Shown piece after piece: positions 38,801 to 51,105 of a stretch of 64,000 bases of DNA. Position 1 is the first letter of the stretch; every line of letters begins with the position of its first letter. The notes under the pieces were generated by a model, which was not told the DNA's origin, did no database searches, and saw nothing but the letters and a program-made list of their open reading frames with translations. The position numbers and the translations under genes are program-made. This DNA comes from Camelus dromedarius (lineage: Eukaryota), in assembly GCF_036321535.1 (NCBI RefSeq), contig NC_087436.1:39186001-39250000 (forward strand), written 5' to 3'.

Positions 38801-41064
38801 TTTTTTTTTCATGTTATGGTTATTTTGATGACTATGATGGGGAGGCTTTGAAGTATTTTAAGCAGTGGTATAACAGGTGATTTAGAAAAATCTCTCTGGC
38901 AGCCCTCTGTGGCATGAACCTGAGGAATGTGAAACCTGAAACAGGGAGACAGCTAAAGGCCAAGGTAGTTATCTAAGAGACAACTAGTGAGAGCCTGAGC
39001 TGAAGCAGCGGGAGTAGGCACACTGAGCAGGACGTGAAAGAGAGCTATTGAGGAGGTAAAGTCAGTACCACCTCAATGCGTTGGCTTTATACCCCTTTAA
39101 TATGTCTTGAACTAGATGATTAAAAATTCTCAAACATGGTCCTAGTGCTAGAAACGTATTGCTTCAAAAATAAAGTAGCATCTCTTGTTTTTTAAGAAGA
39201 TGTAGGAAATCTAAGAAAAAAATTTTAATCTATCTTTTAGAAGACAGAATTATGAAAGTTTCTAGTCTGTTTCTATTTCCTAACTTCATTTCCTAAATTA
39301 CTTGTTTCTATTTCATTTCCTAAATTACTTGTTCCAGAAATAAAAGTTTCAAATAAAACGATTTGACACTAATTTAAAAATTAGTGAAAATACATTTAAT
39401 GTCAGAACAGAAGTAGGTTTGGTTTATGGACCGCAAAAATCTTTCCATCAGGGTCTGTTTAGGTCCTTCTTTCCCTCTTAAACTGGCTGTTCAAACTACA
39501 GTAGATCCAAAAGTATCGTGTGTAGGAGCTTAGAAGACAAACTTTGGAGCCAAACTAGGTAAACCTCAGGTCTGGCCCCACCTACCCATGTGATCTGGAA
39601 GTCACTTAATCACTTTTTGCCTTTGTAATGGGGATCTTAAATGGGGTAATCTCACAAGGTTCTCTCATTATATTTAAAAGGTGATTAAAGAAGTGCCCAA
39701 CACCCTATAAACATCAATATGAGTTTTTTTTTAAATAAAATTATCTCCAGAAGGTGCTGTTAAAGGCAATAATATGTTTGGAGGAAAATGACACTCTGAC
39801 CATTTATTATAGACTTCTTCTGGAAAAAAATAATCTGGGTCCTAAAAAGGTGAAATTCAAGCCAGGTATTCTTGAATTTTGATAAAAGGAAGGAGTATTT
39901 TCTAGGCAGAATCAGATAGAACATAAACACATAGTTCTGTTCAGGAAAACTCATCCATTATTTTATCAGGTCAGTACCTGATAAAATTGCTTCCAAATAA
40001 AAGTGGAAATGCTAGTCATGGGTAAGTAGGATTATAAAAACCAAAGACCAATGGATAGGAAAAGTATTTGTTATATAATCAAGTGACACAATCTTTCATT
40101 TATAATGTTTCAAACAGTAAATCCACCACATTTTTTAGTACTTTATCTGAAACACACCAGATTTATACACTAGTTAAGGAAAACTACATCCAGACCATCT
40201 TAACACCAAACTCCATCTATATGGCCAATGATCTGCCACATGCCAAGGGAGTACACAAAGACCTTGAAGATACAGTTTGAGGAGACTCTGGCCATCTCTG
40301 CTTTTTAACAATAGGAAAAGAATGGTAAATAATTTAGAAAAATAAAGTGCCTAAGGTAATTCAGTACTACAAATATGTTCTCATTGAGGTGGTCAAACAA
40401 TGAAATATCCCCCAAAGAGCAAAAGTTATTTCTGTTTCTCAGATGAGCTTCTAACTTCATGAAGTTGTTTACTCTTTCAGATCGTTTAATGAAGCTGATG
40501 CAGGAATTCTCCAATTCCTTTTACAAAAATCTCATGGCATTTGGTTTCATTACAAATCTGTTAGAATAGATACAATAAACATTTTGGAGTCCATATATTT
40601 TTCAGGTTTATGTACAAGTAAACCAGGTCCCTTTCCAGTCTTGCCTCTCATTGCACATAAACCTAGAGAAGCATTTCCTGTAATCTTTGTCCTCAGGCCC
40701 ATTGAAAGAAGAAATCATCATAAATGTTTCTAAGGATCAAACCTTAGATGGATGACATTCGATTTGATCCAATTCTGTATCAAAGTCACTGCAGTTTTCA
40801 GCATTACTAAATGATAGCCTGTTCTCTTACCCTGGCTGATGCAGAGTGGTATGATGCCCTTGCTAGAGGGAGGGAATTAAGATTTGACTTTAGACAGTTT
40901 TATATAATTTTTCTGCAAATAAATTTTCTCAGGATCAATTTTTTCATCTATAAACTAAGAGTAACAAACTTTGCTTAACCACCGGTATCAAATGACATAA
41001 CATATGTTAGCAGACTTAGACAGTTGTAAGATATACATACATGAAGTATTTTTAGCTAAATATA

Positions 41065-41100
41065 TAAATTAGCTTATATTCTTAAATTAGCTTATATTCT
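41065..41100. repeat. Perfect 18-bp tandem duplication (TAAATTAGCTTATATTCT)x2
   Basis: Direct reading. Confidence 0.9.
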
Positions 41101-44100
41101 TCACAACACATTAACCAACAGAGGGCGGTAAATTATTTTGGAAGCTAATCTGTCTTTTAAAACCATTACCATGAAAAATATGCAAATCTTATCCAGTTAG
41201 ATATAATGTGTATGTCCTAGTGATATCACATACTGACTTTTGGTATTTCCAATATGACTTTCTTTTTTAAAAAATTGCCTTAGTTTAATACCAAATAAAA
41301 AGTTGAGAGTACTTACTTCTAACTTGAGAGTTCTAGCCTCTAATGGCAAATGTTCAAGAAACACCTCTTTAGACTAACCGAAGGCTATGCATCTGCTTAA
41401 TAGCAAAACACATCCCAGGTTATTAAAGTACTGATTGACATTCCACAAAAGAAGAAAAGGAAAAAGGAGTAGTTTACATTTTTTCATTAAGTCCAAAGAC
41501 AGATTTTCATTCATTCTGTCTAGAAACAATAGCTCCAACATGATCGTTGATGGAAATCATATGAGTTGGTGATAAGTTTTCCAGCTAACATACATTAGGT
41601 ACATGTGATTGATAATATGAACCTGTGTGATGGAACTGATGTTTTTGAAAAGTGTCAGTCATTCAGTTATAAATGTGAAACTGCTTTACGTCTTCCAGTA
41701 AGTGCTTTCAACTACAATAAAGCCAAATACCCTCCTTAATAATACTTTGGTCAGATCCCATGCATTTCTGGTGACTTTCAGCTATTAAAACAGTCTAGTC
41801 CGATTACAGCTTTGATCTAACGTCTGGCTGTAAGCTCTCTCCCTAAGCACTGTGGCCGGCTTGTGGCTCCAGGGGTCAGCACAGAGAGGAGAGTGTTGTT
41901 TGCTCTTTACCTGCCTCCCTCCAGCTCCTCCCAGTTTGAAGGCAAGAAGGTAGACTGGAGAAGGAGGGGGAAGGTAGATCTATTTATTCATAACTGAATG
42001 AGGTAGCATTTCTCTCTTTGTTGGTTGTTGTGCTTCTCTGATTAATGTTGAGTGGCCACACTGTCCTCTCTGCAGCTGGTGTCCAAATGCTGGGACAATT
42101 GTGTCATTTCTTCTCGGAGCCCTGGAGGGCTTTGCCCTGCATAATTCCCTAACACAGGAAATAGGGCTCCTGTCCAACACTTCTCTATCCCTTCCAAGCC
42201 CCCAGTAGTTCTTTAAGCCAGCTTGCACTGCCAGCCTCTGGCTAATAGCTTGGCCTTTCTGGGTAGGCCAAGCAAGATGGCTCAAGTCTTGCCAATGACT
42301 TTCTGTGATAGTCATTCATCCACGGGAAATGCAAGGATCCTTGCCTTACCAAATGGGCAAGTTCCTATTCCATCTCTCTCTCTCTGCCTCTGTCTGTGTC
42401 TCTTTTTCTCTCCCCACCCTCTGCATCTTTCTCCAGTTTTATTCCCCCCACCTGCTTTTCTCCACCGCCCATTCCACTGCTCACTAGGCAGGCCAACTGC
42501 ACTGACAAAGAAGACAGCCTACCAGGGATGTTCCTGGAACATTTCCTGGCACATGACAAGAGCCTGATAAATGCAAGCCACATATGGATTATGTCTAGAT
42601 AATGACAAAGTTCATGCAGAGTCATAGTCATTATTTTATCTCCTTGTCTTTCAACAAACAGTGATTTGTCTTAAAACATGCAATTCCAAAATAAAAATTT
42701 TATATAACATGTGCTTAATAGATTTAGCTAGCATGCACGGACTTCTATAAGCATAACTGTTTTTAGAATTTCTAGAAAGTGCCTAAAAATCAATTTTAAA
42801 AAACGAAGTGATCAGTCATATTTACTAATAAAGATGTTCCTAGCTTTCTGTATAGTAAGAAGTTTTTATCCTGAAATATACATATTCAAACACATCAAAA
42901 TCTTTCTTATTTTTCCCTTGAGAAATAGCTACGTTTCTTGAATTATTTTATTTAAAACATTTTAGAAAGCTCACTGATGGCACTGAGGGATAAGAATTAT
43001 GTTATTTGAATATGCTTTGCCTAAACACATTTTTATTCAAACGTTTAAAGAGAGGATATACAATAATAGATGAAACTCATTAAATCCACCTATGCCTCAT
43101 AAAGTGAAGGATTATAATTTGTCATTTCAGTTTTAATAAAGTTGTTTGAAACTCTGAATTCACTGTAATAAGTACCATACTGGTCTATATTTTTAAAGAA
43201 AGCTTACATTTCTAAGCATTAAAACTTGTAAAGGATAAATAGTCTGAACATTTTTTTGTTTATTATTTTCAAAATGCAAGTTATTTCTAAATTGTTCATA
43301 AGATTTGTTTGCAAAACAAAAATTTCCCCCCATTTCTTTATGTGGAGATTTTCCAAAGTGATTTTCCAAGAGTACGTCCAGAGAAATAGCCATTTAAGTA
43401 CATGTTTCAAAAAAAGAAGTTTTATAAAGTAAAAGTGCTAACATGCTTTTATAAAAACATCTGCAAATACACAGTGAGGTTTTATGTTGTAATTATGTCC
43501 AGATAAATTTGTTTCTATGGATGATCTCTTAGAAATATACCTTGCAGAATGCTGTCTTATGACCCTGTATTAGAAATGTTTGTTTCCAATCACATGTATT
43601 TACAACATAAAACCAGGATTAGGTTAGTGATTATTTGGGCCTTTAAAAAAATTCAGTGTATCTTGAAAACAAATGAATTTTATGGCCTTGAGCTTCAATG
43701 CCAATGAAAATTTTTATTATTAATATTTCTGTTAGTGATCTTGAAAAGTTGGGGCTTTCCTACCGTTCAGCCAGCCAGTCAAATACTAAAAACTTTTAAA
43801 CATCTTTCAAAAATGACTAAACATATCACTAGAATGATATTTACTGGGAATTAGAAAGCTATTAAATTTCTGATCATTCTTAATAATAGTAGACTAGTTT
43901 TTTTTTTTGCTACTTCAGCTTGTTAAACTTCCCTTTTATACAGAATTATTGAAAATCTAAACACTAGATATTTACAAGCCAAAACTTGTTATCTATAGAA
44001 CTGCTCTGTAACATACCCATTTTAAGGGGAATGATTTTAAGCACTGTCTGAAGTTTTGTTTGAAAATATTTTCTTTAATTCCCAAATTATTCTTCTGTGT

Positions 44101-46698
44101 GCTCTTCAAAAGTGTGAGCATTTTGTTTGCCAGCAACTATCCCCTACCCAGCCTTTCTGTCTCTTGCCTCTACATCCTCCTACTTGGAGGTAACTTGGCT
44201 CTAATAAGTTTCACCAATCATTGGAAGAGGAGAACGTCCATGCCAAGCAACATACACTTCACCTTGAACCTAGTAAGAGACCAGTACTAGAACTGAGTTG
44301 ACTTAATGTTTTAAATATAAAACAGTGATCCCAGTGAAGCCACGGCCTTGACAACATAAGAAAGTGACAAGCACTTTGTTCCAAGGGTTTTCTAGAATAA
44401 ATAATGTGAATATAAGAAATTAAATATAGTGTTTTAATTAAGGAAAAACTAGACCAAGAAAAGTGGGCATTGCCATAATAATTTAGAAATTACATCTTCT
44501 TTAGAAGGCTCTCTAGTCACTTTTTACACATAGAAAAAAACTATATACTATCATCTTTCTCTCTTTTACACACACACAGTAATTGAGGAAAACATCCAGA
44601 TGCTTTCATATGATATTTTAAAATCAATAACTTTAGCTATCATATCAAACTAAAAAATTAAAGCAAACATCCTGAAGCTTTAATATAATGCTCTTTTTAA
44701 AACTAAAAATATATTTCCTAGGTATTTGAGGAAAGATGATTTGGGGGAGAGCAGAACTGAATTTTCTGACCTTCATACAGACTAATAGCTTCTCTGAATC
44801 CTGGTAATAGAGATGCTATCCGCAGAGAAACGCCTCCAAAGCCCCCTTCACTAGCAATTTGCTTCAATTCTTCAAAAAATCGCCACACAGTGGTTCCACT
44901 TTGAAATAAGCACGTCAAGAACTCAGGAGAACCCACTACCCATTCTAAAGATCTGGCCGTGAAAGAGCCACCAGAAATCATACCTTCTAGCCACTTCTAT
45001 CCCTACATTTTAACTGGTAGGCAAGTGGTTTAAAACTGTACACTAGTAGGGCTGTAGAAAACTAAGCAACACAGAACCTCAGCAATAGTAAAGTCTAGTT
45101 TCCTCCACACTTCCTCCTTTCCCACCCTACTCAAAATCTTTGTCTCTCTTTCCCTTCTACACACACACACACACCCGCCTAGGTGAGTCAGAAAGGGTGA
45201 TTTGTCTCAGGCCCGGCCACAGGATAGATCAGAGCTGGAATTAGAACCCAAATCTCAGGAATGGGAACCAGCCAACTGCTTTCCTAGACCCAGCAAAAAT
45301 CCACTCAGTCTCATGAATCTACATATGCTGAATTACGCATTAATATTTTGTCTGATGTTGCCTGCCATTGACTCCTAAAGAAGCACAGTGAAACCTACCA
45401 CCTTTCTGTACCCTTTAATCACTCTGCCAGTTCCAAGCCGAAGTCCCAAGGCAAATTACTTAACCTCTCTAGGTTCTTTCCTCATCTAAAATTAGCAGGT
45501 TGAACTGGGGATCTCTGAGCAGCTTTCTGGTTCTAAAAATTTCTGCTTTTCATCTCCCATTTTATGCTTCATCCTTGATGTTTGAAATTTTCACTAGGTG
45601 GCAGGATTCCACCATCGCATTATGAAAGAATTTTCCGATGGAAACCTGCGAGCAGAAAATTTCAAAGAAATTCCTTTCTTCACAGTGAACATTTTTTAAA
45701 AAACAAATAAAAAAGCCAAAGGAAAAGAAGAATAACTACAAAGTCCCGTGGTCCATATATTTCATAAAGATCTAGAACTATTTTTAACGTAATTATAAAG
45801 TAAAAATTTAATCAAACATGTTCTTTCATGTAGTACTCCAATTTAGTATTAAAATCAGATAAAAGTCTGCTTATTTTCATGCATTTAAAATTGTGTTTTA
45901 ACTGAATCACAATTAGACCGTATCAGATCCCCTCAAGCAAACCAGTAAGCATTCTGAACTAAAAACAGCAATCTAAGAGAATCAAAAACATCTAAAATAC
46001 TTTAAATCACTAATAGATGCATTTCAAAGTTAACTCTAAGTTACTTAACAATATATTCCCAGTGTCAGTTTTTATTTTGAGGATTTAACGAGAAGAATAC
46101 ACATGATGGAACAGAGTACGTGGATTTTTGCATTTATTTGCCAAAACCTTAAAAGAATATTCTTCAAATCGATTTTATGACATCTTCATCACATTTTAAA
46201 AATTACTGCCCCAATTTTGCCTTCTCATGAACGCTGTATTATAATAAATGTCATTACCAACCCTTCATAAGAGTCCTCAAAATAGCCAAGCCAATTGGTT
46301 ATGCCGAACTGAGCATTTCTTCTCTGCTAGAGCCAAGCAAAGGGACGTGAAACAATAACGTAGCTGTATATTCTAATATTGCCTAGAAGAAACGTTCCCA
46401 AGTGTCTTGCTGGTTGTCGGAGAAGCTGATTAACTAGGCTTTTCTTCAGCTGATAAATATAGCGCTCTTTTTTCCCCTATTAATTGCTGGTTAATTACAT
46501 AATGCTGTATGTTACTCTCCAGAGTTTCTTTGGGGAAAAAACAAACGAACAAAAACACCTAGAAAAATTCTATGTCCGCTCCAAAATCAAACTTATATAC
46601 GGACTTCTGCATTAGAACTTGAAAAAACCAACAACAGGTTGCTTTCATGCCTTCCTTCCCAGCCCAGATCGGTGATAACATCTCTTCGGTTGTCCTAC

Positions 46699-46803
46699 CT
46701 TAGCAACTTGTAAGGGCTGCTGCTGCTCCTTGCCACCTTGCAGTCTGAACCCCCAGGGCGCCCCTCCGGTCATGGAGATGCAGATAAAATCCCCCGTGCC
46801 CAT
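46699..46803 (-). CDS. SYNPO2: SYNPO2 (synaptopodin-2/myopodin) first coding exon, 35 codons, N-terminal part of PDZ domain
   Basis: Reverse complement reads ATG GGC ACG GGG GAT ... GTT GCT AAG = MGTGDFICISMTGGAPWGFRLQGGKEQQQPLQVAK. This matches the recalled mammalian SYNPO2 N-terminus, including the PDZ loop GGAPWGFRLQGG. Strong Kozak context (AAAATGG). Ends at a phase-0 splice donor AAG|GTAGGA. Too short for the ORF track. Confidence 0.97.
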
Positions 46804-46934
46804 TTTCTTCTTTTAATTGGGTAGCATGAAGAGCTTGAAAAGACAGATGAAGCCTGGGTGCGGCTGAGGATGTGCACTCAGCCTCAGGCTCCCGCCAAGA
46901 AGGCAGGACTGGGGCGCGCGGAACCTCCGCTGGA

Positions 46935-46973
<39 letters not shown>

Positions 46974-47000
46974 CCGGCCGCCGCCGCGAATTTGCTCCGC
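46804..47000 (-). other. SYNPO2: SYNPO2 5' UTR / GC-rich leader (TSS not determinable from sequence)
   Basis: CpG-rich sequence contiguous with the start codon, with an in-frame stop (TAA 46815-46813) 9 nt upstream of the ATG. Confidence 0.7.
46935..46987 (-). repeat. GGC/CCG trinucleotide repeat: minus strand GC(GGC)3 CGG (GGC)13
   Basis: Plus strand (GCC)13 at 46935-46973, then CCG, then (GCC)3GC. Confidence 0.97.
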
Positions 47001-47260
47001 TAATAGGATCATTCACAAGGCGGCAGAGGCGCTAGAGGCATGGAGGACACAGCCCACTCTTGCGTCACGCTCCTTTGCTCAGCCCACCTTCAGGGAATGG
47101 AAAGAGCCTCACACATAGGACAATGTCCCCATTTGGGGCAAGATGGGGGCGGGGGAGAAAACCAAAGTTCTCTAGCTCAAACTGATTAAATCCCAGCACT
47201 GGAAAAAAAGTATGATAGGAAAACTTCCACTTAATAATTCTATAAATAGTAGAGGACACA
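47000..47260 (-). promoter_or_regulatory. SYNPO2 proximal promoter with muscle-type motifs
   Basis: CRE-like TGCGTCA 47061-47067, MCAT/TEAD GGAATG 47094-47099, GC box GGGGCGGGG 47146-47154, NKX2-type CACTTAA 47228-47234 and a perfect MEF2 site CTATAAATAG 47240-47249, all directly upstream of the CpG-rich leader. Confidence 0.65.
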
Positions 47261-48379
47261 TGAAGGTTTTAACCTCCAGGTCACGAGTGACATCCTAAAA
47301 CAAAAGCTCTGAGAACTCAACTACTAGAGGATTAGATTCTCCAAAATGAATGTTTTGAGAATTACCACATTGATGATCGAAACAGACAAAAGGGAGTTAA
47401 AGTGGGTTAAATTATTGTTTTCCCAAGCTTTCACTGACTGCAGCCTGCAGAACTAATCCCATAAGAAGAGGAAATAAAAGAAAGCAAAACATTTATTTAA
47501 AAAAAAACCTTTGTCCTCTGAAAAGTACTTTTCTGAACTGGTGTGTGTATATAATCAGAAGAAGGAGGAGAAGAGAGACAGACAGACACAGAGAGGGAGA
47601 GCAGCTTTTCCCCTGGAAACTGCATTTTTATAACTAAATCTGTTGCATGGTTTGGAGTACTTTAAATTTAAATAAGTGTTTCATTTTCTTCCTTCCTTAG
47701 CAGAAGGAAACTTTTTAAACCTGCATAATCAGCCAACTGCATACGATGTCACTAATGTTTCTTATTTTTATAGTCTCTCATCATGTGTTCTGAGTCTGGG
47801 TGGTCCAATATAAATGTTGATTTTACATGTGGTCCAAAATACTTCAGTGTTTTAAATCTGAATACAGCCTACCAAAAATTGTACAATGGAACATTTTTAT
47901 TTTCCCATAATTCTTTTATTTTCCATGACATTCATCCACATAAAAACACACTAAATAAAGAAGAGCCTGGGAAAGTTAGTTCATGTTACATGTGGCACCA
48001 GACCAGTGACTTCCAAACCCTCTGCTTGTTTCAGTACTAGGAGGCGTTATACAGTGAACATTTACACAGCCCTGCTCCAAGAACCCAAAAGTGTCCATTT
48101 ATTTGTGCCTCATCACTGGAGTAAGGATGGACCATGTAATCAGAGACTGCTGCACGGGAAGAGACCCTCTGAAGGTCATGAGAACCAGACTCTCATTCCA
48201 AGTTTGATTCTCTTCAGAAAGGTGAATTGACTTTACCAAAAATCTTTCTTTCAAAAAAAGAATTTTTCAAGTGACGTCCTAAAATATGAACTCTGAGAGC
48301 AAAAGAAAAAGAAGACTTTTTACATTCGTTCTTTGTGCTTTCTCCTGTCTCTGCTCCTCACCCACTCCTGTCTAGCTTC

Positions 48380-50130
48380 TGTCCCTAAGACAGGAAAAGT
48401 TCTCAGCAAGGTCACTTATCACATCCTTGCTTTTGTGTGGCACTTGTCTCATGGACCATGTCCTGCTTATATTATGTTTTCCCTTAGGCTTCCAGGACAC
48501 AACATGCACTTGGCCGTCCTCTTGCCTCTCTAACCACTCCTTTCTTGCCTTTGGCAGTCCTTGGCCTCTACTCATCCATTAAGCGTTGGTGTTCTGTGCC
48601 AGGGCTATGTCCTGGTCCTCTTCTTTTCTTACTTCACACCCTTTCTATGGGTTCTCTCATTCACCCCACAGAATTTAACCTTCCCCCTCAATCCCAAATC
48701 CCTTTCCTTAACTACAGGCCAATATATCCAACTGCCTACTAAACCTCATTTTATGTGAATATATCACAGAATTCTACAAGTCAATATATTCAAAATCAAG
48801 TTTATTATTATTATTTGGGGATTCTCTCTCCTCCTCCTACGTTCTCCATCTCAGGGTAATTGACTAACCCATTACCTTTTTCTTATGCTTGATCCTCTTC
48901 AACCCTGACTCAGATGTAAAGGTGATACTAGAGGCTGGAACTGGAGCAGCCATACTGTGACCATGAGGTAAAGGCAAGGATAACAACAAAGACTCCATCC
49001 TGACTGAATTACTGCCAATAGCTGCCCACCTCCAATCTTCTTACTGTGCAAGAAAAATAACCCATTTTGTTTAAACTGCTATGGGTACAGCTTATGATGG
49101 AAGCCAGCACATTTCTAACTGCTATACTCAATGAATGGCTCCTTCATCCAGTTCCCCAAGACAGAGAACCAGGAACTAACATATTGCTATAATTTAATGA
49201 AGATTTATTTGGTGTCAGGAACTTGACATATAATATTTTATTTATTTATACATTTATCCTCAAAGAAGCTATGATAGGTAGTTATTAGTGTCTCTCTTTT
49301 CTGGTAATTAATTCAGTCTTAGGTCCTAGGTGGTAGAGTCAGGATTTGAACCTTTGCCTACCTGAATTCAAAATATCTCTTCTAATCATTGCTATCCTAT
49401 CTCCAGGCCTTATGTATTTTCTTATACTTATCTTATGCATCCAATTACTTATTTAGACCTATGCTCCAACTTCTAAATAGATTGCAAATTTGCCCCTTCA
49501 TCCCATTTTCACTGGTATGATTACTTCTGTGTCTGGGCTAGACTTCAACAACCTCTTAACTAGCTTCTCTGTCCCAGCCTTATTTCCACCCTCAATTCAT
49601 TTTTCGCTCTATAGCCAGGGTGAAATTTCTGAAATGCAATATCTACCCTATTTTCCCTCCATTTAAAGTCTAAGTTTTCTCAGAAAAGTCAAAGTTTCTT
49701 TATATATATAACACTTTCTGCCTCCCACTCCTCACTTCTCCCACCTCATCTCTCACCTTGAATTTTATGATTCAGACACACAGAACTACTTTTAGTTTCT
49801 CTAACTTGCTTTGTTTTCCCATCTGCTAAGGCATTCTTCCAAGCTGTCTAGTTCTCACCCACACATAGATCACCTGATAATTGCTACTCAATTTTTGGCC
49901 TCAGACTGGATAGCATGTTTTCCAGGAAGCTTTGTCTAACTCTCTTCCTCAGTGTTCAGATTAGGTGCTCCTTCTGTGTCCTGTATTTTTCCCTCTCATC
50001 CCAGTGGTCCCTTAAAATGAATCCTTCACTCTGTGAGATTAGGGGTCATTTCTGATTTTTTCAGAGTTGTATCCCCAAGTCTAATATAGTTCCTGACACC
50101 TAATTGGTGTTCAATTAATATGAGTAGAAC
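48380..50130. mobile_element. Fragmented L2 interrupted by MLT1-like (~48910-49130) and MIR (~49190-49400) pieces
   Basis: L2 body and tail motifs; MLT1 motif GCTGGAACTGGAGCAGCCATACTGTGACCATGAGG; MIR motif GGTAGAGTCAGGATTTGAACC. Confidence 0.55.
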
Positions 50131-50274
50131 AGAAAAAATAGGTAAGATTTCCCAGAATAAAGCAGAGAAAAGAAAGGCAAAAAATTCTCATTTCTTTTCT
50201 TTCTCTCCATTTCATTTGACTTGGAAAAACCTGAAACAGAGCAAAACTCTTAATTACACCACTTAGAGACCATG

Positions 50275-50640
50275 TGAAGTAGGTGTGACTGCCTCCCTAA
50301 CATTTTGCCTCTTCCCCCTTAGTAGCTACTGGGTGGGGACAATTGATCCTACCACCCCAGCAGCATGGATGAGCTAAAGCAATCAGGGTAACCATTCATC
50401 CTTAACACAGAGAGATTAGTTCAGGAATGGGTACAAGCCTAAGCCTGAATCAAGGACATTTCCTTAGCCCCAGTAATTAATTCATAGATGGTCTAACCAC
50501 AGGGAAGCTCAAGACTTTTCCAGGTAGCTGTCAGGGCAACATCCTCTCCACCCCACCCCTCGTGGACATTGACAGCAACCAATAGAGGAAGCCAGTGTGA
50601 GGATGAAACCATCACAAGGTTGTGGTGGCAGAGAGTCTTC
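50275..50640. mobile_element. MaLR LTR (MLT1-like) fragment
   Basis: CTAAAGCAATCAGGGTAACCATTC..GATTAGTTCAGGAATGGG..GGAAGCCAGTGTGAGGATGAAACCA. Confidence 0.5.
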
Positions 50641-50674
50641 CATGGGCCTCTAGCACTCTGTATAACTTTCTAGG

Positions 50675-51105
50675 TGTGTCAGAATTCAAGGTCTTAATCC
50701 TTCTTTTCCTAAGCTATTTCTCAGGGTTTTGTTTGCAGAAAGTAACCTTGAGAAATGTGGTAAATTTCTCAATCCGGGAGAAAGAGCAAGTTTGCTAGCT
50801 GATTGTTAGACAAAAACAAAATAAAAGCAATGGATTGACTAACTCTAGTGATCCTTAGCTGTTAGATGCAAACCAAAACTGTGTGTGTAACATCCACCTG
50901 GGTCATATCATGTCAACCCTGTGGAGTTTGAGGCAAGATGAACTGTTGTAAACATACTAGTGGTCGCAATGCTTGTTTTGCCCTGAGTAATAAAGCTCTT
51001 TGTCTCTACTCAAGATAGTCTCACATCTGCTTTCAGCATCCATGAAACAGTAACAGCGTAACTTAGTAGCTTGCAAGGAGGGTGAAATCAAATCCCAGAT
51101 CCAAT
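50675..51105 (+). mobile_element. LTR40-like ERVL solo LTR
   Basis: GAGTAATAAAGCTCTTTGTCTCT...CAGCATCCATGAAACAG..TAACTTAGTAGCTTGCAAGGAGGGTGAAATC matches the recalled LTR40 3' end. Confidence 0.65.

Larger units (their letters stand above)
1..46698 (-). other. SYNPO2: SYNPO2 intron following the first coding exon (continues beyond window start)
   Basis: Begins with GT at 46698-46697 on the minus strand. I did not recognise the next PDZ exon in the window; the region is repeat-rich and non-coding. Confidence 0.85.

Noticed and set aside
1..46698. Known SYNPO2-intronic lncRNA (SYISL) or small RNA genes
   Set aside because: As I recall, SYISL maps to a more 3' intron. I recognised no snRNA, snoRNA, miRNA or mitochondrial insert by eye; an Rfam/BLAST search would be needed to exclude them.
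46858..47118. Plus-strand 86-aa poly-proline ORF
   Set aside because: Antisense reading of the CCG repeat in the GC-rich leader; no evidence of an antisense coding transcript.
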